Below, piece by piece: positions 15,001 to 30,727 of a stretch of DNA of 64,000 nucleotides. Numbering within the stretch: position 1 is the stretch's first letter; each line of letters starts with the position of its first letter. The notes below the pieces were generated by a model. That model did no database searches and was not told where the DNA came from. It saw only the letters and a list, made by a program, of their open reading frames with translations. Location: positions 109,244,001 to 109,308,000 of the forward strand of contig OZ024744.1 in NCBI GenBank assembly GCA_964016885.1, given 5' to 3'. The position numbers were made by a program, and so were the translations under genes. This DNA is from Eledone cirrhosa. Taxonomy: Eukaryota.

Positions 15001-18000
15001 CTCCTGTGTCATCAGTGTTGTTGTAGATAACTACCAGACATTGACTGACCATGTTGTGTTGGTCACTACTGAGACCTCCTGTGTCATCAGTGGTGTGGTA
15101 GATAACTACCAGACATTGACTGACCATGTTGTTGGTCGCTACTGAGACCTCATGTGTCACCAGTGGTGTGGTAGATAACTACCAGACATAGACTGACCAT
15201 GTTGTGTTGGTCACTACTTAGACCTCCTGTGTCATCAGTGTTGTGGTAGATAACTACAAGACATTGACTGACCATGTTGTGTTGGTCACAACTGAGACCT
15301 CCTGTGTCATCAGTGGTGTGGTAGATAACTACCAGATATTGACTGACCATGTTGTGTTGGTCACTACTGAGACATCCTGTCATCAGTGGTGTGGTAGATA
15401 TCTACCAGATATTGACTGACCATGTTGTGTTGGTCACTACTGAGACCTGTGTCATCAGTGGTGTGGTAGATAACTACCAGACATTGACTGACCATGTTGT
15501 GTTGGTCACTACTGAGACCTCCTGTGTCATCAGTGGTGTGGTAGATAACTACCAGACATTGACTGACCATGTTGTGTTGGTCAGTACTGAGACCTCCTGT
15601 GTCATCAGTGGTGTGGTAGATAACTACCAGACACTGACTGACCATGTTGTGTTGGTCACTACTGAGACCTCCTGTCATCAGTGGTGTGGTAGATATCTAC
15701 CAGACATTGACTGACCATGTTGTGTTGGTCACTACTGAGACCTGTGTCATCAGTGGTGTGGTAGATAACTACCAGACATTGACTGACCATGTGTTGGTCA
15801 CTACTGAGACCTCCTATGTCATCAGTGGTGTGGTAGATAACTACCAGACATTGACTGACCATGTTGTGTTGGTCACTACTGAGACCTGTGTCATCAGTGG
15901 TGTGGTAGATAACTACCAGACATTGACTGACCATGTGTTGGTCACTACTGAGACCTCCTGTGTCATCAGTGGTATGGTAGATAACTACCAGACATTGACT
16001 GACCATGTTGTGTTGGTCACTACTGAGACCCCCTGTGACATCAGTGGTGTGGTAGATAACTACCAGACATTGACTGACCATGTTGTGTTGGTCACTACTG
16101 AGACCTCCTGTGTCATCAGTGGTGTGGTAGATAACTACCACCAGACATTGACTGACCATGTTGTGTTGGTCACTACTGAGACCTCCTGTGTCATCAGTAG
16201 TGTGGTAGATAACTACCAGACATTGACTGACCATGTTGTGTTGGTCACTACTGAGACCTCCTGTGTCATCAGTGGTGTGGTAGATAACAACCAGACATTG
16301 ACTGACCATGTTGTGTTGGTCACTACTGAGACCTCCTGTGTCATCAGGTGTGTGGTAGATAACTACCAGACATTGACTGACCATGTGTTGGTCACTACTG
16401 AGACCTCCTGTGTCACCTGTGGTGTGGTAGATAACTACCAGACATTGACTGACCATGTTGTGTTGGTCACTACTGAGACCTCCTGTGTCATCAGTGTTGT
16501 GGTAGATAACTACCAGACATTGACTGACCATGTTGTGTTGATCACTACTGAGACCTCCTGTGTCATTAGTGGTGTGGTAGATAACTACCAGACATTGACT
16601 GACCATGTTGTGTTGGTCACTACTGAGACCTGTGTCACCAGTGGTGTGGTAGATAACTGCCACCAGACATTGACTGACCATGTTGTGTTGGTCACTACTG
16701 AGACCTCCTGTGTCACCTGTGGTGTGGTAGATAACTACCAGACATTGACTGACCATTTTGTGTTGGTCACTACTGAGACCTCCCGTGTCATCAGTGGTGT
16801 GGTAGATAACTACCAGACATTGACTGACCATGTTGTGTTGGTCACTACTGAGACCTGTGTCATCAGTGGTGTGGTAGATAACTACCAGACATTGACTGAC
16901 CATGTTGTGTTGGTCACTACTGAGACCTCCTGTGTCATCAGTGGTGTCGTAGATAACTACCAGACATTGACTGACCATGTTGTGTTGGTCACTACTGAGA
17001 CCTGTGTCATCAGTGGCGTAGTAGATAACTACCAGACATTGACTGACCATGTTGTGTTGGTCACTACTGAGACCTCCTGTGTCATCAGTGGTGTGGTAGA
17101 TAACTACCAGATATTGACTGACCATGTTGTGTTGGTCACTACTGAGACCTGTGTCACCAGTGGTGTGGTAGATAACTACCAGATATTGACTGACCATGTT
17201 GTATTGGTCACTACTGAAACCTCCTGTGTCATCAGTGGTGTGGTAGATAACTACCAGACATTGACTGACCATGTTGTGTTGGTCACTACTGAGACCTCCT
17301 GTGTCATCAGTGGTGTGGTAGATAACTACCAGACATTGACTGACCATGTTGTGTTGGTCACTACTGAGACCTCCTGTGTCACCAGTGGTGTGGTAGATAA
17401 CTACCAGTCATTGACTGACCATGTTGTGTTGGTCACTACTGAGACCACCTGTGTCATCAGTGGTGTGGTAGATAACTACCAGACATTGACTGACCATGTT
17501 GTGTTGGTCACTACTGAGACCTCCTGTGTCACCAGTGGTGTGGTAGATAGCTACCAGACATAGTCTGACCATGTTGTGTTGATCACTATTTAGACCTCCT
17601 GTGTCATCAGTGTTGTGGTAGATAACTACAAGACATTGACTGACCATGTTGTGTTGGTCACTACTGACACCTCCTGTGTCATCAGTGGTGTGGTAGATAA
17701 CTACCAGACATTGACTGGCCATGTTGTGTTGGTCACTACTGAGACCTCCTGTGTCATCAGTGGTGTGGTAGATAACTACCAGACACTGACTGACCATGTT
17801 GTTTTGGTCACTACTGAGACCTCCTGTGTCATCAGTGGTGTGGTAGATAACTACCAGACATTGACTGACCATGTTGTGTTGGTCACTACTGAGACCTCCT
17901 GTGTCATCAGTGGTGTGGTAGATAACTACCAGACTTTGACTGACCATGTTGTGTTGGTCACTACTGAGACCTCCTGTGTCATTAGTGGTGTGGTAGATAA

Positions 18001-21000
18001 CTACCAGACATAGACTTACCATGTTGTGTTGGTCACTACTGAGACCGCCTGTGTCATCAGTGGTGTGGTAGATAACCACCAGATATTGACTGACCATGTT
18101 GTGTTGGTCACTACTGAGACCTCCTGTGTCATCAGTGGTGTGGTAGATAACTACCAGACATAGACTTACCATGTTGTGTTGGTCACTACTGAGACCTCCT
18201 GTGTCATCAGTGGTGTGGTAGATAACCACCAGATATTGACTGACCATGTTGTGTTGGTCACTACTGAGACCTCCTGTGTCATCAGTGGTGTGGTAGATAA
18301 CTACCAGACATTGACTGACCATGTTGTTGGTCGCTACTGAGACCTCCTGTGTCATCAGTGGTGTGGTAGATAACTACCAGACATTGACTGACCATGTGTT
18401 GGTCACTACTGAGACCTCCTGTGTCATCAGTGGTGTGGTAGGTAACTACCAGACATTGACTGACCATGTTGTGTTGGTCACTACTGAGACCTCCTATGTC
18501 ATCAGTGGTGTGGTAGATAACTATCAGACATTGACTGACCATGTTGTGTTGGTCACTACTGAGACCTCCTATGTCATCAGTGGTGTGGTAGATAACTACC
18601 AGACATTGACTGACCATGTTGTGTTGGTCACTACTGAGACCTCCTGTGTCATCAGTGGTGTGGTAGATAACTACCAGATGTTGACTGACCATATTGTGTT
18701 GGTCACTACTGAGACCTCCTGTCATCAGTGGTGTGGTAGATAACTACCAGACATTGATTGACCATGTTGTGTTGGTCACTACTGAGACCCCCTGTGTCAT
18801 CAGTGGTGTGGTAGATAACTACCAGACATTGACTGACCATGTTGTGTTGGTCACTACTGAGACCTCCTGTGTCATCAGTGTTGCGGTAGATAACTACCAG
18901 ACATTGACTGACCATGTTGTGTTGGTCACTACTGAGACCTCCTGTGTCATTAGTGGTGTGGTAGATAACTACCAGACATTAACTGACCATGTTGTGTTGG
19001 TCACTACTAAGACCTCCTGTGTCATCAGTGGTGTGGTAGATAACTACCAGCCATTGACTGACCATGTTGTGTTGGTCACTACTGAGACCTCCTGTGTCAT
19101 CAGTGGTGTGGTAGATAACTACCAGACATTGACTGACCATGTTGTGTTGGTCACTACTGAGACCTCCTGTGTCATCAGTGGTGTGGTAGATAACTACCAT
19201 ATATTGACTGACCATGTTGTGTTGGTCACTACTGAGACCTCCTGTGTCATCAGTGGTGTGGTAGATAACTGCCACCAGACATTGACTGACCATGTTGTGT
19301 TGGTCACTACTGAGACCTCCTGTGTCATCAGTGGTGTGGTAGATAACTACCAGCCATTGACTGACCATGTTGTGTTGGTCACTACTGAGACCTCCTGTGT
19401 CATCAGTGGTGTGGTAGATAACTACCAGACATTGACTGACCATGTTGTGTTGGTCACTACTGAGAACTCCCGTGTCATCAGTGGTGTCGTAGATAACTAC
19501 CAGACATTGACTGACCATGTTGTGTTGGTCACTACTGAGACCTGTGTCATCAGTGGTGTGGTAGATAACTACCAGACATTGACTGACCATGTTGTGTTGG
19601 TCACTACTGAGACCACCTGTGTCATCAGTGGTGTGGTAGATAACTACCAGACATTGAGTGACCATGTGTTGGTCACTACTAAGACCTGTGTCACCAGTGG
19701 TGTGGTAGATAACTACAAGACATTGACTGACCATGTTGTGTTGGTCACTACTGAGACCTCCTGTGTCATCAGTGGTGTGGTAGATAACTACCAGACATTG
19801 AGTGACCATGTTGTGTTGGTCACTACTGAGACCTCCTGTGTCATCAGTGGTGTGGTAGATAACTACCAGACATTGACTGACCATGTTGTGTTGGTCACTA
19901 CTGAGACCTGCTGTGTCACCAGTGGTGTGGTAGATAACTACCAGACATAGACTGACCATGTTGTGTTGGTCACTATTTAGACCTCCTGTGTCATCAGTGT
20001 TGTGGTAGATAACTACCAGACATTGACTGACCATGTTGTGTTGGTCACTACTGAGACCTCCTGTGTCATCAGTGGTGTGGTAGATAACTACCAGACATTG
20101 ACTGACCATGTTGTGTTGGTCACTACTGAGACCTGTGTCATCAGTGGTGTGGTAGATAACTACCAGACATTGACTGACCATGTTGTGTTGGTCACTACTG
20201 AGACCTCCTGTGTCATCAGTGGTGTGGTAGATAACTACCAGACATTGACTGACCATGTTGTGTTGGTCACTACTGAGACCTGTGTCATCTGTGGTGTGGT
20301 AGATATCTACCAGATATTGACTGATCATGTGTTGGTCACTACTGAGACCTCCTGTGTCATCAGTGGTGTGGTAGATAACTACCAGACATAGACTTACCAT
20401 GTTGTGTTGGTCACTACTGAGACCTCATGTGTCATTAGTGGTGTGGTAGATAACTACCAGACATTGACTGACCATGTTGTGTTGGTCACTACTGAGACCT
20501 CCTGTGTCATCAGTGGTGTGCTAGATAACTACCAGACATAGACTGACCATGTTGTGTTGGTCACTACTGAGACCCCCTGTGTCATCAGTGGTGTGGTAGA
20601 GAACTACCAGACACTGACTGACCATGTTGTGTTGGTCACTACTGAGACCTCCTGTGTCATCAGTGGTGTGGTAGATAACTACCAGACATAGACTGACCAT
20701 GTTGTGTTGGTCACTACTGAGACCACCTGTGTCATCAGTGGTGTGGTAGATAACTACCAGACATTGACTGACCATGTTGTGTTGGTCACTACTGAGACCT
20801 CCTGTGTCACCAGTGGTGTGGTAGATAGCTACCAGACATAGTCTGACCATGTTGTGTTGATCACTATTTAGACCTCCTGTGTCATCAGTGTTGTGGTAGA
20901 TAACTACAAGACATTGACTGACCATGTTGTGTTGGTCACTACTGACACCTCCTGTGTCATCAGTGGTGTGGTAGATAACTACCAGACATTGACTGGCCAT

Positions 21001-24000
21001 GTTGTGTTGGTCACTACTGAGACCTCCTGTGTCATCAGTGGTGTGGTAGATAACTACCAGACACTGACTGACCATGTTGTTTTGGTCACTACTGAGACCT
21101 CCTGTGTCATCAGTGGTGTGGTAGATAACTACCAGACATTGACTGACCATGTTGTGTTGGTCACTACTGAGACCTCCTGTGTCATCAGTGGTGTGGTAGA
21201 TAACTACCAGACTTTGACTGACCATGTTGTGTTGGTCACTACTGAGACCTCCTGTGTCATTAGTGGTGTGGTAGATAACTACCAGACATAGACTTACCAT
21301 GTTGTGTTGGTCACTACTGAGACCGCCTGTGTCATCAGTGGTGTGGTAGATAACCACCAGATATTGACTGACCATGTTGTGTTGGTCACTACTGAGACCT
21401 CCTGTGTCATCAGTGGTGTGGTAGATAACTACCAGACATAGACTTACCATGTTGTGTTGGTCACTACTGAGACCTCCTGTGTCATCAGTGGTGTGGTAGA
21501 TAACCACCAGATATTGACTGACCATGTTGTGTTGGTCACTACTGAGACCTCCTGTGTCATCAGTGGTGTGGTAGATAACTACCAGACATTGACTGACCAT
21601 GTTGTTGGTCGCTACTGAGACCTCCTGTGTCATCAGTGGTGTGGTAGATAACTACCAGACATTGACTGACCATGTGTTGGTCACTACTGAGACCTCCTGT
21701 GTCATCAGTGGTGTGGTAGGTAACTACCAGACATTGACTGACCATGTTGTGTTGGTCACTACTGAGACCTCCTATGTCATCAGTGGTGTGGTAGATAACT
21801 ATCAGACATTGACTGACCATGTTGTGTTGGTCACTACTGAGACCTCCTATGTCATCAGTGGTGTGGTAGATAACTACCAGACATTGACTGACCATGTTGT
21901 GTTGGTCACTACTGAGACCTCCTGTGTCATCAGTGGTGTGGTAGATAACTACCAGATGTTGACTGACCATATTGTGTTGGTCACTACTGAGACCTCCTGT
22001 CATCAGTGGTGTGGTAGATAACTACCAGACATTGATTGACCATGTTGTGTTGGTCACTACTGAGACCCCCTGTGTCATCAGTGGTGTGGTAGATAACTAC
22101 CAGACATTGACTGACCATGTTGTGTTGGTCACTACTGAGACCTCCTGTGTCATCAGTGTTGCGGTAGATAACTACCAGACATTGACTGACCATGTTGTGT
22201 TGGTCACTACTGAGACCTCCTGTGTCATTAGTGGTGTGGTAGATAACTACCAGACATTAACTGACCATGTTGTGTTGGTCACTACTAAGACCTCCTGTGT
22301 CATCAGTGGTGTGGTAGATAACTACCAGCCATTGACTGACCATGTTGTGTTGGTCACTACTGAGACCTCCTGTGTCATCAGTGGTGTGGTAGATAACTAC
22401 CAGACATTGACTGACCATGTTGTGTTGGTCACTACTGAGACCTCCTGTGTCATCAGTGGTGTGGTAGATAACTACCATATATTGACTGACCATGTTGTGT
22501 TGGTCACTACTGAGACCTCCTGTGTCATCAGTGGTGTGGTAGATAACTGCCACCAGACATTGACTGACCATGTTGTGTTGGTCACTACTGAGACCTCCTG
22601 TGTCATCAGTGGTGTGGTAGATAACTACCAGCCATTGACTGACCATGTTGTGTTGGTCACTACTGAGACCTCCTGTGTCATCAGTGGTGTGGTAGATAAC
22701 TACCAGACATTGACTGACCATGTTGTGTTGGTCACTACTGAGAACTCCCGTGTCATCAGTGGTGTCGTAGATAACTACCAGACATTGACTGACCATGTTG
22801 TGTTGGTCACTACTGAGACCTGTGTCATCAGTGGTGTGGTAGATAACTACCAGACATTGACTGACCATGTTGTGTTGGTTACTACTGAGACCACCTGTGT
22901 CATCAGTGGTGTGGTAGATAACTACCAGACATTGAGTGACCATGTGTTGGTCACTACTAAGACCTGTGTCACCAGTGGTGTGGTAGATAACTACAAGACA
23001 TTGACTGACCATGTTGTGTTGGTCACTACTGAGACCTCCTGTGTCATCAGTGGTGTGGTAGATAACTACCAGACATTGAGTGACCATGTTGTGTTGGTCA
23101 CTACTGAGACCTCCTGTGTCATCAGTGGTGTGGTAGATAACTACCAGACATTGACTGACCATGTTGTGTTGGTCACTACTGAGACCTGCTGTGTCACCAG
23201 TGGTGTGGTAGATAACTACCAGACATAGACTGACCATGTTGTGTTGGTCACTATTTAGACCTCCTGTGTCATCAGTGTTGTGGTAGATAACTACCAGACA
23301 TTGACTGACCATGTTGTGTTGGTCACTACTGAGACCTCCTGTGTCATCAGTGGTGTGGTAGATAACTACCAGACATTGACTGACCATGTTGTGTTGGTCA
23401 CTACTGAGACCTGTGTCATCAGTGGTGTGGTAGATAACTACCAGACATTGACTGACCATGTTGTGTTGGTCACTACTGAGACCTCCTGTGTCATCAGTGG
23501 TGTGGTAGATAACTACCAGACATTGACTGACCATGTTGTGTTGGTCACTACTGAGACCTGTGTCATCTGTGGTGTGGTAGATATCTACCAGATATTGACT
23601 GATCATGTGTTGGTCACTACTGAGACCTCCTGTGTCATCAGTGGTGTGGTAGATAACTACCAGACATAGACTTACCATGTTGTGTTGGTCACTACTGAGA
23701 CCTCATGTGTCATTAGTGGTGTGGTAGATAACTACCAGACATTGACTGACCATGTTGTGTTGGTCACTACTGAGACCTCCTGTGTCATCAGTGGTGTGGT
23801 AGATAACTACCAGACATAGACTGACCATGTTGTGTTGGTCACTACTGAGACCCCCTGTGTCATCAGTGGTGTGGTAGAGAACTACCAGACACTGACTGAC
23901 CATGTTGTGTTGGTCACTACTGAGACATCCTGTGTCATCAGTGGTGAGGTAGATAACTACCAGACATTGACTGACCATGTTGTGTTGGTCACTACTGAGA

Positions 24001-27000
24001 CATCCTGTGTCATCAGTGGTGTGGTAGATAACTACCAGTTATTGACTGACCATGTGTTGGTCACTACGGAGACCCCCTGTGTCACCAGTGGTGTGGTAGA
24101 TAACTACCAGACATTGACTGACCATGTTGTGTTGGTCACTACTGAGACCTGTGTCATCAGTGGTGTGGTAGATAACTACCAGACATTGACTGACCATGTT
24201 GTGTTGGTCACTACTGAGAAATCCTGTGTCATCAGTGGTGTGGTAGATAACTACCAGACATTGACTGACCATGTTGTGTTGGTCACTACTGAGACCTCCT
24301 GTGTCATCAGTGGTGTGGTAGATAACTACCAGACATTGACTGACCATGTTGTGTTGGTCACTACTGAGACCTCCTGTGTCATCAGTGGTGTGGTAGATAA
24401 CTACCAGATGTTGACTGACCATATTGTGTTGGTCACTACTGAGACCTCCTGTCATCAGTGGTGTGGTAGATAACTACCAGACATTGATTGACCATGTTGT
24501 TGTTGGTCACTACTGAGACCTCCTGTGTCATCAGTGGTGTGGTAGATATCTACCAGACATTGACTGACCATGTTGTGTTGGTCACTACTAAGACCCCCTG
24601 TGTCATCAGTGGTGTGGTAGATAACTACCAGACATTGACTGACCATGTTGTGTTGGTCACTACTGAGACCTCCTGTGTCATCAGTGTTGCGGTAGATAAC
24701 TACCAGACATTGACTGACCATGTTGTGTTGGTCACTACTGAGACCTCCTGTGTCATCAGTGGTGTGGTAGATAACTACCAGATGTTGACTGACCATATTG
24801 TGTTGGTCACTACTGAGACCTCCTGTCATCAGTGGTGTGGTAGATAACTACCAGACATTGATTGACCATGTTGTGTTGGTCACTACTGAGACCCCCTGTG
24901 TCATCAGTTGTGTGGTAGATAACTACCAGACATTGACTGACCATGTTGTGTTGGTCACTACTGAGACCTCCTGTGTCATCAGTGTTGCGGTAGATAACTA
25001 CCAGACATTGACTGACCATGTTGTGTTGGTCACTACTGAGACCTCCTGTGTCATTAGTGGTGTGGTAGATAACTACCAGACATTAACTGACCATGTTGTG
25101 TTGGTCACTACTAAGACCTCCTGTGTCATCAGTGGTGTGGTAGATAACTACCAGCCATTGACTGACCATGTTGTGTTGGTCACTACTGAGACCTCCTGTG
25201 TCATCAGTGGTGTGGTAGATAACTACCAGACATTGACTGACCATGTTGTGTTGGTCACTACTGAGACCTCCTGTGTCATCAGTGGTGTGGTAGATAACTA
25301 CCATATATTGACTGACCATGTTGTGTTGGTCACTACTGAGACCTCCTGTGTCATCAGTGGTGTGGTAGATAACTGCCACCAGACATTGACTGACCATGTT
25401 GTGTTGGTCACTACTGAGACCTCCTGTGTCATCAGTGGTGTGGTAGATAACTACCAGCCATTGACTGACCATGTTGTGTTGGTCACTACTGAGACCTCCT
25501 GTGTCATCAGTGGTGTGGTAGATAACTACCAGACATTGACTGACCATGTTGTGTTGGTCACTACTGAGACCTCCCGTGTCATCAGTGGTGTCGTAGATAA
25601 CTACCAGACATTGACTGACCATGTTGTGTTGGTCACTACTGAGACCTGTGTCATCAGTGGTGTGGTAGATAACTACCAGACATTGACTGACCATGTTGTG
25701 TTGGTCACTACTGAGACCACCTGTGTCATCAGTGGTGTGGTAGATAACTACCAGACATTGAGTGACCATGTGTTGGTCACTACTAAGACCTGTGTCACCA
25801 GTGGTGTGGTAGATAACTACAAGACATTGACTGACCATGTTGTGTTGGTCACTACTGAGACCTCCTGTGTCATCAGTGGTGTGGTAGATAACTACCAGAC
25901 ATTGAGTGACCATGTTGTGTTGGTCACTACTGAGACCTCCTGTGTCATCAGTGGTGTGGTAGATAACTACCAGACATTGACTGACCATGTTGTGTTGGTC
26001 ACTACTGAGACCTGCTGTGTCACCAGTGGTGTGGTAGATAACTACCAGACATAGACTGACCATGTTGTGTTGGTCACTATTTAGACCTCCTGTGTCATCA
26101 GTGTTGTGGTAGATAACTACCAGACATTGACTGACCATGTTGTGTTGGTCACTACTGAGACCTCCTGTGTCATCAGTGGTGTGGTAGATAACTACCAGAC
26201 ATTGACTGACCATGTTGTGTTGGTCACTACTGAGACCTGTGTCATCAGTGGTGTGGTAGATAACTACCAGACATTGACTGACCATGTTGTGTTGGTCACT
26301 ACTGAGACCTCCTGTGTCATCAGTGGTGTGGTAGATAACTACCAGACATTGACTGACCATGTTGTGTTGGTCACTACTGAGACCTGTGTCATCTGTGGTG
26401 TGGTAGATATCTACCAGATATTGACTGATCATGTTGTGTTGGTCACTACTGAGACCTCCTGTGTCATCAGTGGTGTGGTAGATAACTACCAGACATAGAC
26501 TTACCATGTTGTGTTGGTCACTACTGAGACCTCATGTGTCATTAGTGGTGTGGTAGATAACTACCAGACATTGACTGACCATGTTGTGTTGGTCACTACT
26601 GAGACCTCCTGTGTCATCAGTGGTGTGGTAGATAACTACCAGACATAGACTGACCATGTTGTGTTGGTCACTACTGAGACCCCCTGTGTCATCAGTGGTG
26701 TGGTAGAGAACTACCAGACACTGACTGACCATGTTGTGTTGGTCACTACTGAGACATCCTGTGTCATCAGTGGTGTGGTAGATAACTACCAGACATTGAC
26801 TGACCATGTTGTGTTGGTCACTACTGAGACATCCTGTGTCATCAGTGGTGTGGTAGATAACTACCAGTTATTGACTGACCATGTGTTGGTCACTACGGAG
26901 ACCCCCTGTGTCACCAGTGGTGTGGTAGATAACTACCAGACATTGACTGACCATGTTGTGTTGGTCACTACTGAGACCTGTGTCATCAGTGGTGTGGTAG

Positions 27001-30000
27001 ATAACTACCAGACATTGACTGACCATGTTGTGTTGGTCACTACTGAGAAATCCTGTGTCATCAGTGGTGTGGTAGATAACTACCAGACATTGACTGACCA
27101 TGTTGTGTTGGTCACTACTGAGACCTCCTGTGTCATCAGTGGTGTGGTAGATAACTACCAGACATTGACTGACCATGTTGTGTTGGTCACTACTGAGACC
27201 TCCTGTGTCATCAGTGGTGTGGTAGATAACTACCAGATGTTGACTGACCATATTGTGTTTGTCACTACTGAGACCTCCTGTCATCAGTGGTGTGGTAGAT
27301 AACTACCAGACATTGATTGACCATGTTGTTGTTGGTCACTACTGAGACCTCCTGTGTCATCAGTGGTGTGGTAGATATCTACCAGACATTGACTGACCAT
27401 GTTGTGTTGGTCACTACTAAGACCCCCTGTGTCATCAGTGGTGTGGTAGATAACTACCAGACATTGACTGACCATGTTGTGTTGGTCACTACTGAGACCT
27501 CCTGTGTCATCAGTGTTGCGGTAGATAACTACCAGACATTGACTGACCATGTTGTGTTGGTCACTACTGAGACCTCCTGTGTCATTAGTGGTGTGGTAGA
27601 TAACTACCAGACATTAACTGACCATGTTGTGTTGGTCACTACTAAGACCTCCTGTGTCATCAGTGGTGTGGTAGATAACTACCAGCCATTGACTGACCAT
27701 GTTGTGTTGGTCACTACTGAGACCTCCTGTGTCATCAGTGGTGTGGTAGATAACTACCAGACATTGACTGACCATGTTGTGTTGGTCACTACTGAGACCT
27801 CCTGTGTCATCAGTGGTGTGGTAGATAACTACCATATATTGACTGACCATGTTGTGTTGGTCACTACTGAGACCTCCTGTGTCATCAGTGGTGTGGTAGA
27901 TAACTGCCACCAGACATTGACTGACCATGTTGTGTTGGTCACTACTGAGACCTCCTGTGTCATCAGTGGTGTGGTAGATAACTACCAGCCATTGACTGAC
28001 CATGTTGTGTTGGTCACTACTGAGACCTCCTGTGTCATCAGTGGTGTGGTAGATAACTACCAGACATTGACTGACCATGTTGTGTTGGTCACTACTGAGA
28101 CCTCCTGTGTCATCAGTGGTGTCGTAGATAACTACCAGACATTGACTGACCATGTTGTGTTGGTCACTACTGAGACCTGTGTCATCAGTGGTGTGGTAGA
28201 TAACTACCAGACATTGACTGACCATGTTGTGTTGGTCACTACTGAGACCACCTGTGTCATCAGTGGTGTGGTAGATAACTACCAGACATTGAGTGACCAT
28301 GTGTTGGTCACTACTAAGACCTGTGTCACCAGTGGTGTGGTAGATAACTACAAGACATTGACTGACCATGTTGTGTTGGTCACTACTGAGACCTCCTGTG
28401 TCATCAGTGGTGTGGTAGATAACTACCAGACATTGAGTGACCATGTTGTGTTGGTCACTACTGAGACCTCCTGTGTCACCATTGGTGTGGTAGGTAACTA
28501 CCAGACATAGACTGACCATGTTGTGTTGGTCACTATTTAGACCTCCTGTGTCATCAGTGTTGTGGTAGATAACTACCAGACATTGACTGACCATGTTGTG
28601 TTGGTCACTACTGAGACCTCCTGTGTCATCAGTGGTGTGGTAGATAACTACCAGACATTGACTGACCATGTTGTGTTGGTCACTACTGAGACCTGTGTCA
28701 TCAGTGGTGTGGTAGATAACTACCAGACATTGACTGACCATGTTGTGTTGGTCACTACTGAGACCTCCTGTGTCATCAGTGGTGTGGTAGATAACTACCA
28801 GACATTGACTGACCATGTTGTGTTGGTCACTACTGAGACCTGTGTCATCTGTGGTGTGGTAGATATCTACCAGATATTGACTGATCATGTTGTGTTGGTC
28901 ACTACTGAGACCTCCTGTGTCATCAGTGGTGTGGTAGATAACTACCAGACATAGACTTACCATGTTGTGTTGGTCACCACTGAGACCTCCTGTGTCACCA
29001 TTGGTGTGGTAGGTAACTACCAGACATAGACTGACCATGTTGTGTTGGTCACTACTGAGACCTCCTGTGTCATCAGTGGTGTGGTAGATAACTACCAGAC
29101 ATTGAGTGACCATGTTGTGTTGGTCACTACTGAGACCTCCTGTGTCACCATTGGTGTGGTAGGTAACTACCAGACATAGACTGACCATGTTGTGTTGGTC
29201 ACTATTTAGACCTCCTGTGTCATCAGTGTTGTGGTAGATAACTACCAGACATTGACTGACCATGTTGTGTTGGTCACTACTGAGACCCCCTGTGTCATCA
29301 GTGGTGTGGTAGAGAACTACCAGACACTGACTGACCATGTTGTGTTGGTCACTACTGAGACATCCTGTGTCATCAGTGGTGTGGTAGATAACTACCAGAC
29401 ATTGACTGACCATGTTGTGTTGGTCACTACTGAGACATCCTGTGTCATCAGTGGTGTGGTAGATAACTACCAGACATTGACTGACCATGTTGTGTTGGTC
29501 ACTACTGAGACCTCCTGTGTCATCAGTGGTGTGGTAGATAACTACCAGACATTGACTGACCATGTTGTGTTGGTCACTACTGAGACATCCTGTGTCATCA
29601 GTGGTGTGGTAGATAACTACCAGTTATTGACTGACCATGTGTTGGTCACTACGGAGACCCCCTGTGTCACCAGTGGTGTGGTAGATAACTACCAGACATT
29701 GACTGACCATGTTGTGTTGGTCACTACTGAGACCTCCTGTGTCATCAGTGGTGTGGTAGATAACTACCAGACACTGACTGACCATGATGTGTTGGTCACT
29801 ACTGAGACATCCTGTGTCATCAGTGGTGTGGTAGATAACTACCAGATATTGACTGACCATGTTGTGTTGGTCACTACTGAGACCTCCTGTGTCATCAGTG
29901 GTGTGGTAGATAACTACCAGACACTGACTGACCATGATGTGTTGGTCACTACTGAGACATCCTGTGTCATCAGTGGTGTGGTAGATAACTACCAGATATT

Positions 30001-30478
30001 GACTGACCATGTTGTGTTGGTCACTACTGAGACCTCCTGTGTCATCAGTGGTGTGGTAGATAACTACCAGACATTGACTGACCATGTTGTGTTGGTCACT
30101 ACTGAGACATCCTTTGTCATTAGTGTTGTGGTAGATAACTAAAAAGCAGAGATTGACTGACTATGTTGTGTTGGTCACTACTGAGACCTCCTGTGTCATT
30201 AGTGGTGTGGTAGATAACTACCAGACATTGACTGACCATGTTGTGTTGGTCACTACTGAGACCTCTTGTGTTATCAGTGGTTTGGTAGATAACTACCACC
30301 AGACATTGACTGACCATGTTGTGTTGGTCACTACTGAGACCTCCTGTGTCATCAGTGGTGTGGTAGATAACTACCAGACATAGACTTACCATGTTGTGTT
30401 GGTCACTACTGAGACCTCATGTGTCATTAGTGGTGTGGTAGATAACTAAAAAGCAGAGATTGACTGACTATGCTGTGT
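1..30478. repeat. 75-bp tandem satellite array (about 400 monomers, runs off the left edge)
   Basis: Continuous copies of TCATCAGTGGTGTGGTAGATAACTACCAGACATTGACTGACCATGTTGTGTTGGTCACTACTGAGACCTCCTGTG with 72/73/78-bp indel variants and recurrent substitutions. The last units (about 30110-30478) are more diverged. No unique spacers. Confidence 0.99.
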
Positions 30479-30727
30479 CCTCATACCGAGGACAGACCTC
30501 ACAATGAGCCACAGGGTGACAACACCAAGGTACTGATAAAAAGCCATGACAAACATGGACCAGTGATGATTACGTAATATACTGCCATGAAAGAGAACTC
30601 ATCAACGCATTATTTGTGACCCAGTAAGGTTAATTGGGATTTCTTAATTTTTTTTCATTATCATGCTATATTTATTTTAACGATCATTCTTACACTTGTT
30701 ATATACATTACAATCCTTTTAATAATC

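Noticed and set aside
48-30392. Long ORFs on both strands of the satellite (up to 649 aa) as a repeat-protein gene
   Set aside because: The unit is 25 codons and open in one frame per strand by composition. Both frames are broken repeatedly by stops and 1-2 bp indels; the 3-bp indels are slippage at short internal repeats.
1-30478. CRISPR array or tRNA gene array
   Set aside because: No unique spacers or cas genes in a eukaryotic context; no B-box or acceptor stem despite the 75-nt size and three hairpins.
30479-30630. Unique sequence continuing the satellite + frame as an ancestral coding exon
   Set aside because: Several stops and no recognisable motif.
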